Assembly (NCBI GenBank): GCA_039621445.1
Contig: CP154954.1
Span: 19,020,642-19,084,641, forward strand
Length of the DNA: 64,000 bases
Direction of reading: 5' to 3'
Source of the DNA: Euglena gracilis
Taxonomy: Eukaryota
In this document: piece after piece, positions 61,552 through 64,000 of the stretch
Position numbering within the stretch: position 1 is the first letter of the stretch
Layout: each line of letters begins with the position of its first letter
The notes under the pieces: model-generated
What the model saw: the letters and a program-made list of their open reading frames with translations, nothing else
Databases searched by the model: none
Told to the model about the DNA's origin: nothing
Position numbers and translations under genes: made by a program

Positions 61552-62870
61552 AACGTGCCTCCACTCTGATGAGATACAACAGGGCCTTCAGAAAATTGTA
61601 TGTGCTGCTGCAAGGCAAGGGTCTGGACCCCCTGCAGGCAACCACCTTGGACATTGTGCACAGCATCCTGGAGCTGCACAGAATGACGAGTGCTGACGCC
61701 AGAAACGCTTTATTTGCAGTCACATCACTCCCTGGTTTCCAACGTGTCTCTTTTCACCCTTTGTTGAAGGATGTTAAATCCTGTTGGAATAAAAATGTTC
61801 AGAAATATGCAACCTTTTGGGATCCCCTGCCCATCTTACAGAAACTGGGGGAGGGGGGTCCACTGGACATCATGGCCACCAGTGAGTTGAGACTCAGAAT
61901 CATTTTGTTGTTCAGACTCTTTGCCTTACACAGGGGTATTGATTTGGCCAGAACACAGAGATCTCTCTCTGTGGTTGGTGAAAAGATTTTCGTTTTGTTC
62001 CAGAGAAAGGGCTGGAAAGTGCCAAAGTGGGAACAACTCTTGAAAAATGATTCCAACCCCCTTTTACCCCCTTATCATGTCATGTTAGAGTATGTGAAAC
62101 GTACATCCTTTTTGCCCCTGGGGGACCATTACTCTGGAGTTTGGATGGGAAAAAACCCCTCACCTCCAATACCATTAATTCTTTGGCAAAAGATCTCATG
62201 GAAAAATTTGGATTCCCCGTGTCTCACTGGACTGCTCATTCTACAAGGGGTGCTGGAGTGCTGATGTACAAAACCTTGGGGTTTTCAAGTGAAGAAGTGT
62301 GTGAACTTGGCCAATGGAAAAATTCACAAGTCTTTTCAGCACACTAACCCCCCCCCCCAAAATAAGACCCGGGTCTTATTTTTGGGTCCGTTGCTGGAAA
62401 CCTCCAGGGGGGGGGTCTTATTTTTGGGGGGGTCTTATTTTTCGTTTTTTTCTTGACCGACCCGGGCCCGAAAAAAACATCATTTTTGAGGTTCCCAAAA
62501 ACACTTGAAATTTTCCTTCGGCGCTTCGCGCCATGTGTACATTTGTGTAAGTTGACATTCGGCATGTTTTTTTTGCACTTCAGGAATCTGAAATTTTTTG
62601 AAATTTCATCATTTTTGTGTGTGAAATTTGGGTTTTTGGCAATTTCTCAGGGAAAATTTTCACCGTCCCCGGCGCTTCGCGCCGTCAGGGGGGGTCTTAT
62701 TTATGGGGGGGGTCTTATTTTTGGATTTTTGCTCGATCGGCCCAGAGGGGGTCTTATTTTTTTTGGGGGGGTCTTATTTTTTGGGGGGGTCTTATTTTTT
62801 TGGGGGTTTATTTAAGATTGGGTGCAGTGGAAAAGGCGGAAAAATATTCATTAAGGCAAGGGGCGCGCAC
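61443..62870 (+). pseudogene. Tyrosine recombinase of DIRS element C, interrupted
   Basis: HRGIDL, AHSTRGAG, GQW, FSAH|YLRLG. Frameshift near 62125 and a MITE insertion at 62347-62808. Confidence 0.9.
62347..62808. mobile_element. TA-TSD MITE (Tc1/mariner-like) with GGGGGTCTTATTTT repeats
   Basis: TA at 62345-62346 and 62809-62810; ends ACCCC..AAAATAAGACC / GGTCTTATTTT..GGGGT. Similar ends at 36321-36520. Confidence 0.85.
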
Positions 62871-63249
62871 AACACCTCACCCCCAGAGTGTGCGCAGCCC
62901 GAATGGTCTGGCACTCCCAGTGAGGATGACCTGGGGGGAACGGATCATGAGGGCGAAGCACAAGAGGGGGTGATCCCACCCATCCCAACCCCAAAAAACG
63001 CCCACCCCCCGTCCCCCCCCACTGGGGGGGAAGCGAGCCCGCAAGCCAGAGAAAGGGCCCCTCCGGTTCACCTTCACCAGGACGTTGTCGGAGACATCAG
63101 GAACGCCAACTCCGGCAACAAAAAGCAGTAAGAAAGTCCTCGCCAAAAAACAATCACACAGCAAGCCGGCAAAAGAAGCAGGACCTCACCCCCCTTTTTT
63201 GCTTCGCCCTCATGTTCCGGTACTCCCAGGTCATCCTCCCTGGGAGTGC

Positions 63250-63292
63250 CCGCAATATGGCTTCGCAAGGGAAAAGTGCGGAGCCCGAGGTC
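63250..63292 (-). mobile_element. Displaced left terminus of DIRS element B
   Basis: GCAAGGGAAAAGTGCGGAGCCCGAGGT is complementary to B's ICR (ACCTCGGGCTCCGCACTTT at ~54265). Confidence 0.75.
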
Positions 63293-63570
63293 CCTGGTTC
63301 TGTTCTCCTAGTTCGCACCTCGCCGTCCGAGAAAGCCTTGCGCTTTTAAGACGGGGCGTGAAATGGGCGCGAAATCACTCTCACCCCAAAGGCTGATGGA
63401 AATTGACGATGGGCAAATATCCACCGTGGAAGTTGAAAGCACAATGCCTCAAACGTGTCAGCGACCAACAATCCAACAGCCAGCATTTTGACACTAAGAA
63501 ACACAACAATAATGCTTGACTCCCGTGCATTAAATGAACTTTGGCCGATAGAATAATAATGTGGCTGTCA

Positions 63571-63810
63571 CTAAAGCTGGAGGAAGAGGAGGAGGAGGAG
63601 GACGCTCGCGGCCAAAACCCAGACGGAAGCGGTGCGGGTGACGGCATGGGACTCGAACACAGCGAACTCGCCAGTGTGGTACAGCCCGAACGTGACCGTG
63701 CGGGCCTCCTCGTCCACCCCCACAAGGGAGGAGGCGTTGGAGGAGGACGCGCGCGCCGCCGCGGTGGGCTCTAGCCATTGCCCTCCGTCCCACCACAGCA
63801 CCATCAACTT
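63571..63810 (-). CDS. Probable exon of a second host gene (membrane protein; hydrophobic helix after an H-x-x-x-F-A-V-F motif)
   Basis: GC3-rich ORF reading WWDGGQW...TVTFGLYHTGEFAVF...VWVLAASVLLLLLFL. Boundaries not fixed. Confidence 0.55.
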   Translation of the reverse strand, partial: KLMVLWWDGGQWLEPTAAARASSSNASSLVGVDEEARTVTFGLYHTGEFAVFESHAVTRTASVWVLAASVLLLLLFLQL

Positions 63811-64000
63811 CTGGAGGTTGAGAGCAGGATGCTGCTTCCATTATTGCGATTCACGAGGGCAAGTCATGGGGTGAGAAGGGCAAACCATAGCCAGCCACTC
63901 GGTTCCCAAAGAAGAAAATAATAAACACCAACCCAGATATCACACGCCAATACTGGCAATGTTGTCAAAAATGCGGTGTACGATCCAGCGCCTGCACCCT

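Larger units (their letters stand above)
58118..63249 (+). mobile_element. DIRS-type retrotransposon C, full-length (lE+lITR 58118-58232, ICR 62874-62972, rITR+rE 63104-63249)
   Basis: The first half of the ICR is the reverse complement of 58118-58153; the second half is the reverse complement of 63186-63249. The ITRs differ at ~4 positions. gag, RT, RNase H, MT and YR occur in canonical order. Confidence 0.95.

Overview
Repeat-saturated eukaryotic nuclear DNA, most likely from a euglenid (inferred from the intron type). (1) 1-27 kb is almost all repeats: a minisatellite carrying a ~3.37-kb tandem duplication, many nested MITEs (8-bp, 7-bp, 3-bp and TA target duplications), and a CRE-clade non-LTR retrotransposon (minus strand) broken by about 8 insertions. 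(2) ~27.5-47.3 kb holds one plus-strand host gene of small exons that the ORF track misses. It encodes a coiled-coil-rich protein of unknown function. I could join its exons in frame through 12 non-GT-AG 'nonconventional' introns with the geometry exon|NNN-CAG...CTG-NNNNN|R and base-paired ends. The last intron is an intact MITE with a perfect 8-bp target-site duplication (TSD). The 3-nt and 5-nt offsets of the splice signature add up to that 8-bp TSD, which points to hAT-like MITEs generating self-cancelling introns. (3) 50.4-63.3 kb is a nest of three DIRS-type tyrosine-recombinase retrotransposons (ITR/ICR architecture; RT, RNase H, methyltransferase and YR domains) inserted into each other's termini, plus ITR-only miniature derivatives. 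(4) There is a probable minus-strand exon near 63.6-63.8 kb. All splice calls are by-eye predictions without transcript data.
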